Assembly: GCA_963733675.1 (NCBI GenBank)
Contig: CAVTET010000005.1
Span: forward strand, 256,001 to 320,000
Direction of reading: 5' to 3'
Origin: an uncultured Methanosarcinaceae archaeon
GTDB taxonomy: Archaea; Halobacteriota; Methanosarcinia; Methanosarcinales; Methanosarcinaceae
Length of the DNA stretch: 64,000 nt
Part shown: piece after piece, positions 55,315 to 64,000 of the stretch
How positions within the stretch are numbered: the first letter of the stretch is position 1
Layout: the number at the start of each line of letters is the position of its first letter
Translations under genes and position numbers: made by a program
The notes under the pieces: generated by a model
Database searches by the model: none
What the model was told of the DNA's origin: nothing
What the model saw: the letters and a program-made list of their open reading frames with translations, nothing else

Positions 55315-55919
55315 GTCATATTTACAAACATGTGGATCAAATGACTAATAATAGATCCACTGACTTAAAGGTTTTTGATCTTTCTTGTCATGAACCAATA
55401 ATATTAATATCTGTTTTAGTAGAGTAGATAGTCTCTGGTGATAATTCTAGAGATAGATTAAAGGGTGGTAACAAACCAAAAGATAGCAGAGATGGCTAAG
55501 TACCTGGTAGAATAATAAACCTACGTAGAGAATGAAAGAAGAAAACACACTTTGGATAAATATAATCACAGAAAGTATTCAAAAATTTGACTTCAAATTT
55601 TCATAACTTCACTACATTTGACCATATCATTCTGTTAATATTGTTTGCTTTTTCATGTAGTTCATAACTATTTTGGAAATAATAATTGATTTGAAAAATT
55701 GGTCGTTTTCTATAATTTAGTTGTTACTCTAACACATGTTTTAATAAAAATTATGTTTTATCTACACAATTAGGTCAAAATATCCGATTATTTAGGCTGA
55801 AAATGAGAAAATGCAGAGATTTAATCACAAAAAACGATGTATAATTAAATATTGATTGTGTCGTTAGTGAGGTAATCAAATAGGTACTTTAAAGCTTATT
55901 TCTTTTTGAGATTTTTGAT

Positions 55920-56007
55920 TTATGCTTGTGGTTTAGTTTAATTCGTTCCAGATGTTCCATGAGCTCCAAATGTTCTATGAGTCCCAGAAGCTCCATGAGT
56001 AATAGAT
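55920..56007 (-). repeat. Dispersed 9-bp-periodic repeat, copy A
   Basis: Minus strand reads THGASGTHRTFGAHGTSGTN*; homologous to 62108-62260 and 63701-63850. Confidence 0.75.
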
Positions 56008-56320
56008 AGTATCTGGTGTGTCCCTTTCCATTGAATCTTTATAACAAGGGTTGAAATAACGGTATATTCTAAATTTTTTTCAACTTCCACTGTTTTTCTT
56101 TCCAGCTGGGTAAGTTCTATAATATTTTTTGTACGTTTGAGAGCGTCTAGTTTTTAACACACTAGGCATTTTTAAAATATATCTAATTATATATACACAA
56201 ACATTCTATTATTAAGAAGTTTTGATTATACTGATATATATTACATTTAAAAATCTTGTATTTTGGCATTTAGCCTAGGCTTTAGTAAAATATCAAAATA
56301 ATATTTAAAAGACGATCTAT

Positions 56321-58285
56321 ATGGAAATGAAGTATAAAGTATTCTTTTTATTAATCAGCGTGATTTTACTGTCGGGAACTGCACTTGCAACAACTCTGAC
56401 CTTGAAATCTGCGGCACAGCCATATTACATTGATCCTCAGCATAATTTGTGGCTCAGAGTTAACATGAACGGCGGCACACAACATTTCAATGTGTACAAT
56501 GCGCCTGGCTACTACCCTAATGGGGATGCGGTCATGTGGGCATACGATAACTTTAGCTCAGGCAGCTTAAATAAATCAAAGTGGACAGCTTACAAAGAAG
56601 GAAGCAATAGGTCAACAGTAGAAATACAGAATGGACATTTGGTATTGTCAGGCTCTAGCAACACATCTTCTGCAAATGTTGTGCTTAATAAACCATTTAC
56701 AAATGGCATTGAATTGGCAGTCAATGAAACATTAGCAGGGGGTACTCATGATGTTGGCACTTTTACTGATGTTTCTTTTGGTGCAGGTACACTCGTAGGT
56801 GGGATAAGGGGAACAGATTGGTGGCATACAAGATTCGCTACAGGTGGGGGCTCATTCCAAAGCCAGGGAATATATAATGCGATGATTTGGGCAAACTCAA
56901 ACAGTTTGGATGTTAGTATGCCCACTCCTGGAATCAGATTAAGCGATTACGTAGAAGAGGGTATTCCACATACATTGGCATATAGTTATGATGCTTCTGG
57001 TAACGCAAATATGTACATGGTAAATATAACTCAAAATCGCCTTCCTTTATCTATCCCTGATCCATACGGGTATAATCAGTTTAATCACCCATCTATCTAT
57101 TTTAGTGAGACTGGTGTATTTGGTCACAAATGGTGGATGTTTGTTACACCATATGCATACTCTAACGATATATATGAAAATGCATGTTTGTACTATTCTG
57201 ATGATGGATTAGTTTGGCATGTACCACCTGGAGTGAAAAATCCTATAGGAACGCCAATAAAATCTGAGTATAACTCAAATGCCTATGGTGCTGATCCCTA
57301 TGGTTCTGATCCGCATGGTTCTGATCCTTATGGCTCTGATTCTCATCTCATATACAATCCTGATACCGGAAAATTTATGCTCTACTATGTAATTGGAGAT
57401 GTAAGGGGTAATGAAACCGTAGAAGACCCTAAAGTCAAAATATATGATGGTATTACTATTTCACCAGAAATAAATGTCACAGCTCATGGTGTATCACCCG
57501 CTGTTCTCTATGATAAAGCCACAAAAACGTATTACATGTGGATTGTTGATATTGATCCTACTCCACATGTAATCTATAGATATACATCCACTGATGGTAT
57601 ACATTTTGGTAATAAACAATATGTGAGTCAATCAAGTCCTTATTATCCTTGGCATATTAATGTGATAACTTATCCAGGTAAATCGACAATATATGCATTA
57701 CTTACAATGTATAGTAATGAAGGATTCACCAATAATCTGCATCTAGCTACTGCAAACAATTACACAGATAATTTTACAGTTCAAAGCTCACCACTTCTAA
57801 AACTAAAGGACTCATCATGTGCAACACATAAAGATGCTCTATTATACCGTAGTGCAGGTGTATTTAGCGATGATGGAAAGCTCTTAAGACTCTGGATACC
57901 TGCACAAGATACTCTAGGAGCTTGGACTGTGTTTTACACTCAAGCAACTGAGAAAAATGGTGTATGGAAAGTTGGAGAGTTTACAACTCCCCGCGTACCA
58001 CTTATGACAATCAAAAATACACAATATCTTTATACCCCAAAACAGTGGATGCTATCACAAGGCGATTCACCAAAAAGTCATGGAGTCAAAAGAGAAATCA
58101 ATGAAGTTTGGGGATATAAAACAGGTCACACACCAAAAATAAACGCAAAAAATATGGGAACATATACTCAAATTGATGTTAAGCCAACCGATTTACAAAA
58201 CGTGTCTAATTACCAGGTAATGATCCCTGCTAGTATGCTTAACATATCATCAAAGAGCGAGTCTCTGGATGTAGAGCGTGCATAA
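56321..58285 (+). CDS. Secreted protein with a five-bladed beta-propeller (glycoside hydrolase-like) core
   Basis: Signal peptide; HPSIYF..KWWMFVTPY..ENACLYYSDDGLVW..SDSHLIY..SPAVLY..YTSTDGIHF..LYRSAG; internal YGSDP repeats. Confidence 0.75.
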   Translation: MEMKYKVFFLLISVILLSGTALATTLTLKSAAQPYYIDPQHNLWLRVNMNGGTQHFNVYNAPGYYPNGDAVMWAYDNFSSGSLNKSKWTAYKEGSNRSTVEIQNGHLVLSGSSNTSSANVVLNKPFTNGIELAVNETLAGGTHDVGTFTDVSFGAGTLVGGIRGTDWWHTRFATGGGSFQSQGIYNAMIWANSNSLDVSMPTPGIRLSDYVEEGIPHTLAYSYDASGNANMYMVNITQNRLPLSIPDPYGYNQFNHPSIYFSETGVFGHKWWMFVTPYAYSNDIYENACLYYSDDGLVWHVPPGVKNPIGTPIKSEYNSNAYGADPYGSDPHGSDPYGSDSHLIYNPDTGKFMLYYVIGDVRGNETVEDPKVKIYDGITISPEINVTAHGVSPAVLYDKATKTYYMWIVDIDPTPHVIYRYTSTDGIHFGNKQYVSQSSPYYPWHINVITYPGKSTIYALLTMYSNEGFTNNLHLATANNYTDNFTVQSSPLLKLKDSSCATHKDALLYRSAGVFSDDGKLLRLWIPAQDTLGAWTVFYTQATEKNGVWKVGEFTTPRVPLMTIKNTQYLYTPKQWMLSQGDSPKSHGVKREINEVWGYKTGHTPKINAKNMGTYTQIDVKPTDLQNVSNYQVMIPASMLNISSKSESLDVERA

Positions 58286-58637
58286 GTGCAAAAATGTTAG
58301 GATATTATAAAATATCTTATTATAAAATATCCTAATGTTATAAAGATAATCAGATATAATGCTGCTGTTAAAGTATCTGGTTTACCATCATTTTCATCCA
58401 TTTTTTTCGTTCCGTGACATGACCATTATTCAGCACTTAATCGAAGATGTATGGTAACTTTTTATAACATGTTATTATTGACTTTTCGGATAGGTTTTTA
58501 GAGAAAAACAAAAAGTAAAGTTATTTTGGAACTTTATTTATATTAACTAAATTAATTTACTTAAGAAGTAGACGATGTTCCCACATCTCCAGAAGTCTGT
58601 GAGCTTGTAGATGAGATGAGTTTAGATATGCTGGTGT

Positions 58638-58967
58638 TTATGTAGCTGGTTTTGTTTCTGGATCTTTTGATGCTGTTTCTGGAAATAGAGTTGCTCCTGC
58701 AAGATTTGGACTTGGATCTGGAGCTTTTGCGGGCTCTGCAGGTGCTGTAGTTTGAATGGTATATGGCATTCCCGAGTATGCAGGGCAAAGCCAATTATTA
58801 CCACCCACCCACATACAACCCGGACCAGAGCCCCACCGGGGTCCACCCCAGCCCCAGCGACCGCCGCCGTGTGCACTAGCTGCCACTGTTGTCACAGATA
58901 ATACAAAAAGTACTGCCAACAAAATGGTCAGTATCCTTTTTAATCTACTCACTTTTTGTTTCAACAT
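58638..58967 (-). CDS. Small secreted Gly/Trp-rich protein P1
   Basis: Signal MLKQKVSRLKRILTILLAVLFVLSVTTVAASA; mature HGGGRWGWGGPRWGSGPGCMWVGGNNWLCP plus Pro/Ala/Thr tail. Confidence 0.75.
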   Translation of the reverse strand: MLKQKVSRLKRILTILLAVLFVLSVTTVAASAHGGGRWGWGGPRWGSGPGCMWVGGNNWLCPAYSGMPYTIQTTAPAEPAKAPDPSPNLAGATLFPETASKDPETKPAT

Positions 58968-59377
58968 TCAACTCATTCCTTTCTTTTTAGATTTGATACA
59001 ATCTTAATCTGGCTATAAAACAATTTGTTGAAATCAGAGGTTTATTTTAACTTTCTTAAGGCTGTATGATGAACTTATATTTAGCATTTTTCTTTTATTT
59101 AATTGCACTTTATGCTATTAAAGTTAAAAATTGTGTTATTTACTATAAAAAAAGAATTTAGATATGTTACTAATTGAACAATCATTCATCAAAACAATTA
59201 AATTAAACCTATAAACTTTGAATTGTTATACTTCTTTTATTCACTACTTGTTTTTATTCATGGACTTAATTATTATTACAATTCACATTTTGATTCAAAA
59301 TGCAATGCTTCTCTCGGATCTGTGCAAGATGGGAGTAAAGCTGTACTTATGAATATAATTGAAAATTGTCCGAAAAA

Positions 59378-59405
59378 GTAATATAAATATATATATATGT
59401 AATAC
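59378..59405. promoter_or_regulatory. Candidate NikR operator
   Basis: GTAATA-N16-TAATAC about 90 bp upstream of cbiM; the known NikR dyad is GTATGA-N16-TCATAC. Confidence 0.55.
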
Positions 59406-59494
59406 TGGACAAACTTATGAAGTTAAACTAATACTAGGTCAGAATAAATATTTCAGCTCAGAACCATAGGAAATTAGTTAGGGGAATAGAAAAA

Positions 59495-60219
59495 ATGCAC
59501 ATCTCAGATGGATATTTAGGGCCGCATACGTATATTGCGTTTTGGATCATCATGATCCCGATATGGTATTATGCTGGACAGAAACTGAGCACAGAGCTCA
59601 AATCCAAACAGGTATCACTGCTAGCGCTATCAGCTGCGTTTTCATTTGTAATAATGATGTTCAATATCCCTGTTCCAGGTGGCAGCACAGGCCATGCCAT
59701 AGGTGGTGGAATTATCGCTATAGTCATAGGTCCCTGGGCAGCAATTATAGCTATATCTGTAACTTTGGTATTGCAAGCAATGATTTTCGGTGATGGTGGA
59801 ATAACAGCCATAGCCACTAACTGCTTTAATATGGGAGTGGTAGTACCCTTTGTCGCTTACTACGCCTATAAGCTTATTAGCGGAAATTCAGAGATTACAG
59901 CTTCTAAAAGGGTTATTGCTGCGGCCATCGCTGGCTGGGTTTCTCTGACCATGGCATCTTTTTGTGTGGGCATTGAATTAGGAATACAACCAATTTTAGA
60001 GCACACAGCTGATGGAGCTCCACTTTATATGCCATATACTTGGAGTGTAAATGTTCCTCCATGGTATTTGAACATGCTTTGGCATTCAGCATTCTTGAAG
60101 CACTGATTACAGCAATTATTTTTGCCTATATCCAGAGAACAAATACATCTGTATTTTATGGAGAGAAATCTGAAGCTGAAATTAACAGAATAGAAATAAT
60201 GAATGGAGTCACAATCTGA
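59495..60219 (+). pseudogene. cbiM: CbiM/NikM ECF S-component with a frameshift near 60058
   Basis: N-terminal MHISDGYL metal-binding motif and GGSTGHAIGG. The true C-terminus (MVFEHALAFSILEALITA..GVTI*) is in another frame. Confidence 0.88.
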
Positions 60220-60228
60220 GGTGAGAAT

Positions 60229-60552
60229 GTGGATAAGATTATAAGAAACTTATCTATTGGCTTGATATTATTGATCATATTTGCGCCTTTAGGTCTGCTT
60301 GCGGCAGGCACTGCATATGGTGAATGGGTACCAGATGAGCTTAAGGATCGTATCGGGTTTGTGCCACATGGGTTGGAAGAGCTCTCTGATTTATGGCATG
60401 CACCATTGCAGGATTATAACATTCCCCCCACTCCTTCTTTTAAGGATTCGAAGCTGGTATCTTCTGCAGGATACATTTTGTCTGCAGTAATCGGTGTAAT
60501 AGTTAGTGGCGGTTTTTTATATTTTATTGGAAAGAAGGCAACTAAACACTAA
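60229..60552 (+). CDS. PDGLE-domain (NikN/CbiN-like) ECF component
   Basis: FAPLGLLAAGTAYGEW..GFVPHGLEEL..APLQDY..GYILSAVIG. Confidence 0.88.
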   Translation: MDKIIRNLSIGLILLIIFAPLGLLAAGTAYGEWVPDELKDRIGFVPHGLEELSDLWHAPLQDYNIPPTPSFKDSKLVSSAGYILSAVIGVIVSGGFLYFIGKKATKH

Positions 60553-61273
60553 AAGATTAATCACGTTTAGAATCATGACGATCCAAATTTGAATTTTTTT
60601 AGAAATGAAACGAGATATATTGGGTCTAAAAAGGCTCAAATACTTGATTTATTGGTTAGATTTCCTGCATGCACGAAGACTGGATATATCATGAATAGAG
60701 TAGGCCCAATATTGTGCCAATTTGAAAAATAGTAGATTGGAAGGACGGAGTGATAAACTCCTTCCATAAAATGTGGTATTTTGTTTAAAAAACCTGAAAT
60801 ACCAGCTGCCTGAACTATAGATACGGAATTCCATCACCATAGGTTCAATGAATGACTTCAGGTTCTCGTATTTTTGATGTTTTTTAGATAAACATCTGAA
60901 TGTATAACAACTTCATATTTAACATTTTTCATTATTTTCTTCATATTTTATGTTATTAGGCTTAAAACTCATATTACTTGTTTTATTTTGAATCAATCAT
61001 TATTTCAATTTACCTTAGTTTCTGAGTTATTATTCATCATATATTATAAAGCATAAACTAAATATATTCTAACAAGTAGATGGATAATTATACAAATATT
61101 TAAATAATAAAGTATAGTTAACTTCTAACTTGTTTCCATTTATTTTTTTTAAGCTAGATTCTTTAAAATCATAACGCTTTTTAACAACGATTTGGGATTG
61201 GGAATAAATGGAAAAAAGAACAGCTTTCCAAAGATAATATAAAGTGCAAAAAATTTAGGAGTGTTATACAAAG

Positions 61274-61588
61274 ATGGGGAAACAAAAATTTAATAGAATG
61301 AAAACAATACTTAGAATTCTCATGTTAGTCTTTGCAATAGTGCCATTGATAACAGTGTCAGCGAGCGCAGCTTCTGGTTCTGATGATCGTGGTTACAGTG
61401 GTCATGGTGACCATGGTCATGGTGGCTGGGGAGGACCTGGTTGGGGAGGACCTGGGTTCGGATTTTACCCACCTGCACCTTATGGGGATAGCGGGGATAG
61501 CGAGGTAGTCTGCGGACCTTATGGATGCTATTGGAATGAAGCCACAGCATACCTTCCCAAGGCTGTAATAGCCGAGCAAGGTTGGTAA
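61274..61588 (+). CDS. Small secreted Gly/His-rich protein P2
   Basis: Signal ..MKTILRILMLVFAIVPLITVSASA; mature GHGDHGHGGWGGPGWGGPG..VVCGPYGCYW; AGGAG RBS. Confidence 0.75.
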   Translation: MGKQKFNRMKTILRILMLVFAIVPLITVSASAASGSDDRGYSGHGDHGHGGWGGPGWGGPGFGFYPPAPYGDSGDSEVVCGPYGCYWNEATAYLPKAVIAEQGW

Positions 61589-62107
61589 AATAAACAGTTA
61601 TTTCGCCAACGATCTCAATCAATGACTAATTAAAGCGTGAAAAGGAAACAACATTTGGTATCCGCTTGTAACCATAAAAATAGATTGGACTGAAAAAAGC
61701 CGACTTACTAAAAATTAAATACATCTACGTTTTGCTATACTTTTCAGTTTGTGGGTGTGGTACTAATGAATAAAATATTAAGGGAAAGTTCACGCTTCGA
61801 ACAGATGACATTAAACCCCATACATCAATGAGAAAATAAAAAAAGACATTTGTCCGTAAAGATATTGGCTTTTCATTAATTTAAAAGAAAAACAAAATAA
61901 TAATTGCGGAAGAGGATAAAAAGGGCAATATCGATAACCTTAAAGAATATCGTTATTGCCCTAGAAATTAAGTGACTAATCCCTTTTTATTATCCATGGA
62001 GATAATACCTACAAAAATGAAGTTAACAACAATAAAGTATTCTTTGTACAGTTGATGGGATTTTCAACCCGATGCTTTAAAGCTTATTCTTTCCTGATGT
62101 TTTCTTT

Positions 62108-62260
62108 TTATGCTTTTGGTTTAGTTAATTAGTTCCAAGTGTTCCAGGAGTTCCAGATGTTATATGAGTCCCAACAGCTCCATGAGTCAGAGATCGATAA
62201 AGTTTTCTTACTATTGATGACATTTAGGAAATCCAGAGATTTAATCACTAAAACTATGTA
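62108..62260 (-). repeat. Dispersed 9-bp-periodic repeat, copy B (contains a 32-codon ORF, 62125..62223)
   Basis: MSSIVRKLYRSLTHGAVGTHITSGTPGTLGTN*. Confidence 0.75.
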
Positions 62261-62376
62261 TAAAAAAGTAAAAGTGAGAATTTGGATAATTCTCAATTCT
62301 CAAAATTAGTCGTGAAATATTTGCGTATAGGATTACGTATTAGGGAGCGCTTTCATTCACTGCTCACTCTTTTACA

Positions 62377-62667
62377 TTAGGCGCCTTCTGGAGTACCTGG
62401 TGATCTGTGACGATATAATATATCAATGTCACCGGTATTAATACCACTTGGTTCGTCGGTAAATGCAGGTTCGCCACCTTCCCAATATGCAGGAACATCG
62501 GTGGTAATGGTGTAACCTGGCTGATCGCTATCGTAGTAGGTATGATAGTTACTACCGGCATAGTATCCTTGTGCACTTGCTGCCACTGTTGTCAAAGGCA
62601 AAACAAAAAAGCCTATCAGCAAAACAGCGAGTACCTTCTTCATTCCACTAGATAATTGTTTCAACAT
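62377..62667 (-). CDS. Small secreted Tyr/acidic protein P3
   Basis: Signal MLKQLSSGMKKVLAVLLIGFFVLPLTTVAASA; AGGAG RBS favours ATG 62667. Confidence 0.72.
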   Translation of the reverse strand: MLKQLSSGMKKVLAVLLIGFFVLPLTTVAASAQGYYAGSNYHTYYDSDQPGYTITTDVPAYWEGGEPAFTDEPSGINTGDIDILYRHRSPGTPEGA

Positions 62668-63216
62668 ATATCTCACTCCTTTTGTGATATCTACAACAAA
62701 ATTTTTAGATTATGTTGTTGAATCATGTATATCTCTTAAAAGAGTTATTTTAAATTATTTATAAAAAATATAGTTTCTAAACAAAAAGTCTTTCCAAACC
62801 GAATATTTTAAGATTGAACAACAATTAAATATAAATCATGTATTATTATAATTTAGAAATAAATACTGTTTCATTGCTCATTTTTTCAAAAAAATCAAAA
62901 TTTAGTGTAAGTTTATATTTATAGATAATTATATTATATATGTTATATACTTCCATATCTCAAACCGTGAAGGATCATAATCTACGATACATAGATTTAA
63001 TCACAAAACCTCTGTATCAATGAACCCTGGATTTATTATATGATCATAAAAAGAAGTCGATTTAGTCCTAAAAAAGAGATAAATTAAAGGTCTTACTCTT
63101 ATAAAGTATCTATCGTGATTTTTTATACAACTCGGTGTAGGATTACATAAATAGTAAGACCCATAGCTACATTTTAGTTACATTTTTCAATTTGTGCAGT
63201 TTTGTTATTATTACCA

Positions 63217-63472
63217 TTAACAGATCCATTCCCATTCTTGGTAGTCAGGGTTCCACGCCCAACAGTCATCATGATGATGGTGATGCCAATGATCGTGATC
63301 GTCGTGGTCATGATGGTTCCAATGGTCGTGGTCATTATGATTCCAGGTCGTGGTCATTATGGCCCCAATTGTCGTGGTCATGATATGGTTCAGCGCTTGA
63401 CGCTGCTACAGTAAATGATACTACAAATAGAACTGCCAGCAAAATAGTCAGTAACTTTTTAACTCTGCTCAT
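63217..63472 (-). pseudogene. Small secreted His/Asp/Trp-rich protein P4 with a 2-bp deletion in its 24-bp repeat
   Basis: MSRVKKLLTILLAVLFVVSFTVAASSA-EPYHDHDNWGHNDHD[H]WNHNDHDHWNHHDHDDHDHWHHHHHDDCWAWNPDYQEWEWIC*; GGAG RBS. Confidence 0.8.
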
Positions 63473-63700
63473 TGAAGTTTATCTCCTTTCTTAATGATTA
63501 ATTTTATTGTTTTTCGAGACTTATTTACTTTTAAACTATTTACATATTTTGATATTTTAGATGTCAGTTTTCTCGTATAGCTTAGCCATTATAAGAAATA
63601 TTCAAGAAGAAATCAAAAAAGAGCTTGATATCTTCGACACTATCTATATTTTAGTTTTGTTTAGATTACTATCTCATTATTTTTTTCTGACATTTTTTAT

Positions 63701-63850
63701 TTATGCTTGTGGTTTCGTTTAATTAGTTCCAAGTGTTCCCTGAGCTCCATCTGTTCTATAAGCTCCATGAGTCATAGATCAATAACCTTTTCTCATTTCG
63801 TGTAGAACTTGGGAAATGCATAGATTTTACTACAAAAAACTCTGCATCAT
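63701..63850 (-). repeat. Dispersed 9-bp-periodic repeat, copy C
   Basis: MRKGY*SMTHGAYRTDGAQGTLGTN*. Confidence 0.75.
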
Positions 63851-64000
63851 TGGAAAGGATAAAAAAGGAACATTATTTTTCGAAATTTCTTATTTTCGTA
63901 GGTCTTGCTAGCTTATAATCTACCTTCGTAAGCTTATCACAAATATCTTCCCGCCTGCCATTGTATCCTTTGCTGTACTTCTCCACCTTCGCTCTGAATT

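Noticed and set aside
62840-62866. Second NikR-like box upstream of P3 (GTATTA-N15-AAATAC)
   Set aside because: Wrong spacing and a mismatch in very AT-rich DNA; not distinguishable from chance by eye.
63192-63414. Plus-strand Met/Val-rich and His/Asp ORFs in the ORF track
   Set aside because: Antisense shadows of the minus-strand His-rich peptide gene, which has the RBS and the paralogous signal peptide.

Overview
AT-rich archaeal DNA whose gene content (HisKA_2 PAS kinase, DUF2180, DUF2769, MM0924-family protein, LarB/LarC, CbiM/PDGLE, YVTN remnant) points to a Methanosarcina-type methanogen. Intact core and envelope genes (pgk, larC, AMMECR1-family gene, glutamate decarboxylase, four glycosyltransferases, rubrerythrin) sit among about 20 disrupted genes or remnants. 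There are four IS6-family elements arranged as two divergent pairs, an IS200 tnpA relic, phage/plasmid-like relics and several short dispersed repeat families. I found no rRNA, tRNA or CRISPR array. Most notable observations: (1) at 58.6-63.5 kb, four paralogous small secreted proteins share a signal peptide but have unrelated Gly/His/Trp-rich mature parts, and they surround a Ni/Co ECF S-component locus preceded by a NikR-like box; one of them, missed by the ORF track, encodes an 18-His peptide closed by a Cys pair. (2) An IS6-bracketed gene consists of 11 almost identical 102-bp TPR repeats. (3) Several in-frame amber codons are candidates for pyrrolysine read-through, including one that would restore an IS6 transposase to exactly full length. 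(4) A family of ~89-bp elements has conserved terminal inverted repeats. All family assignments come from motif recognition by eye, not database searches.
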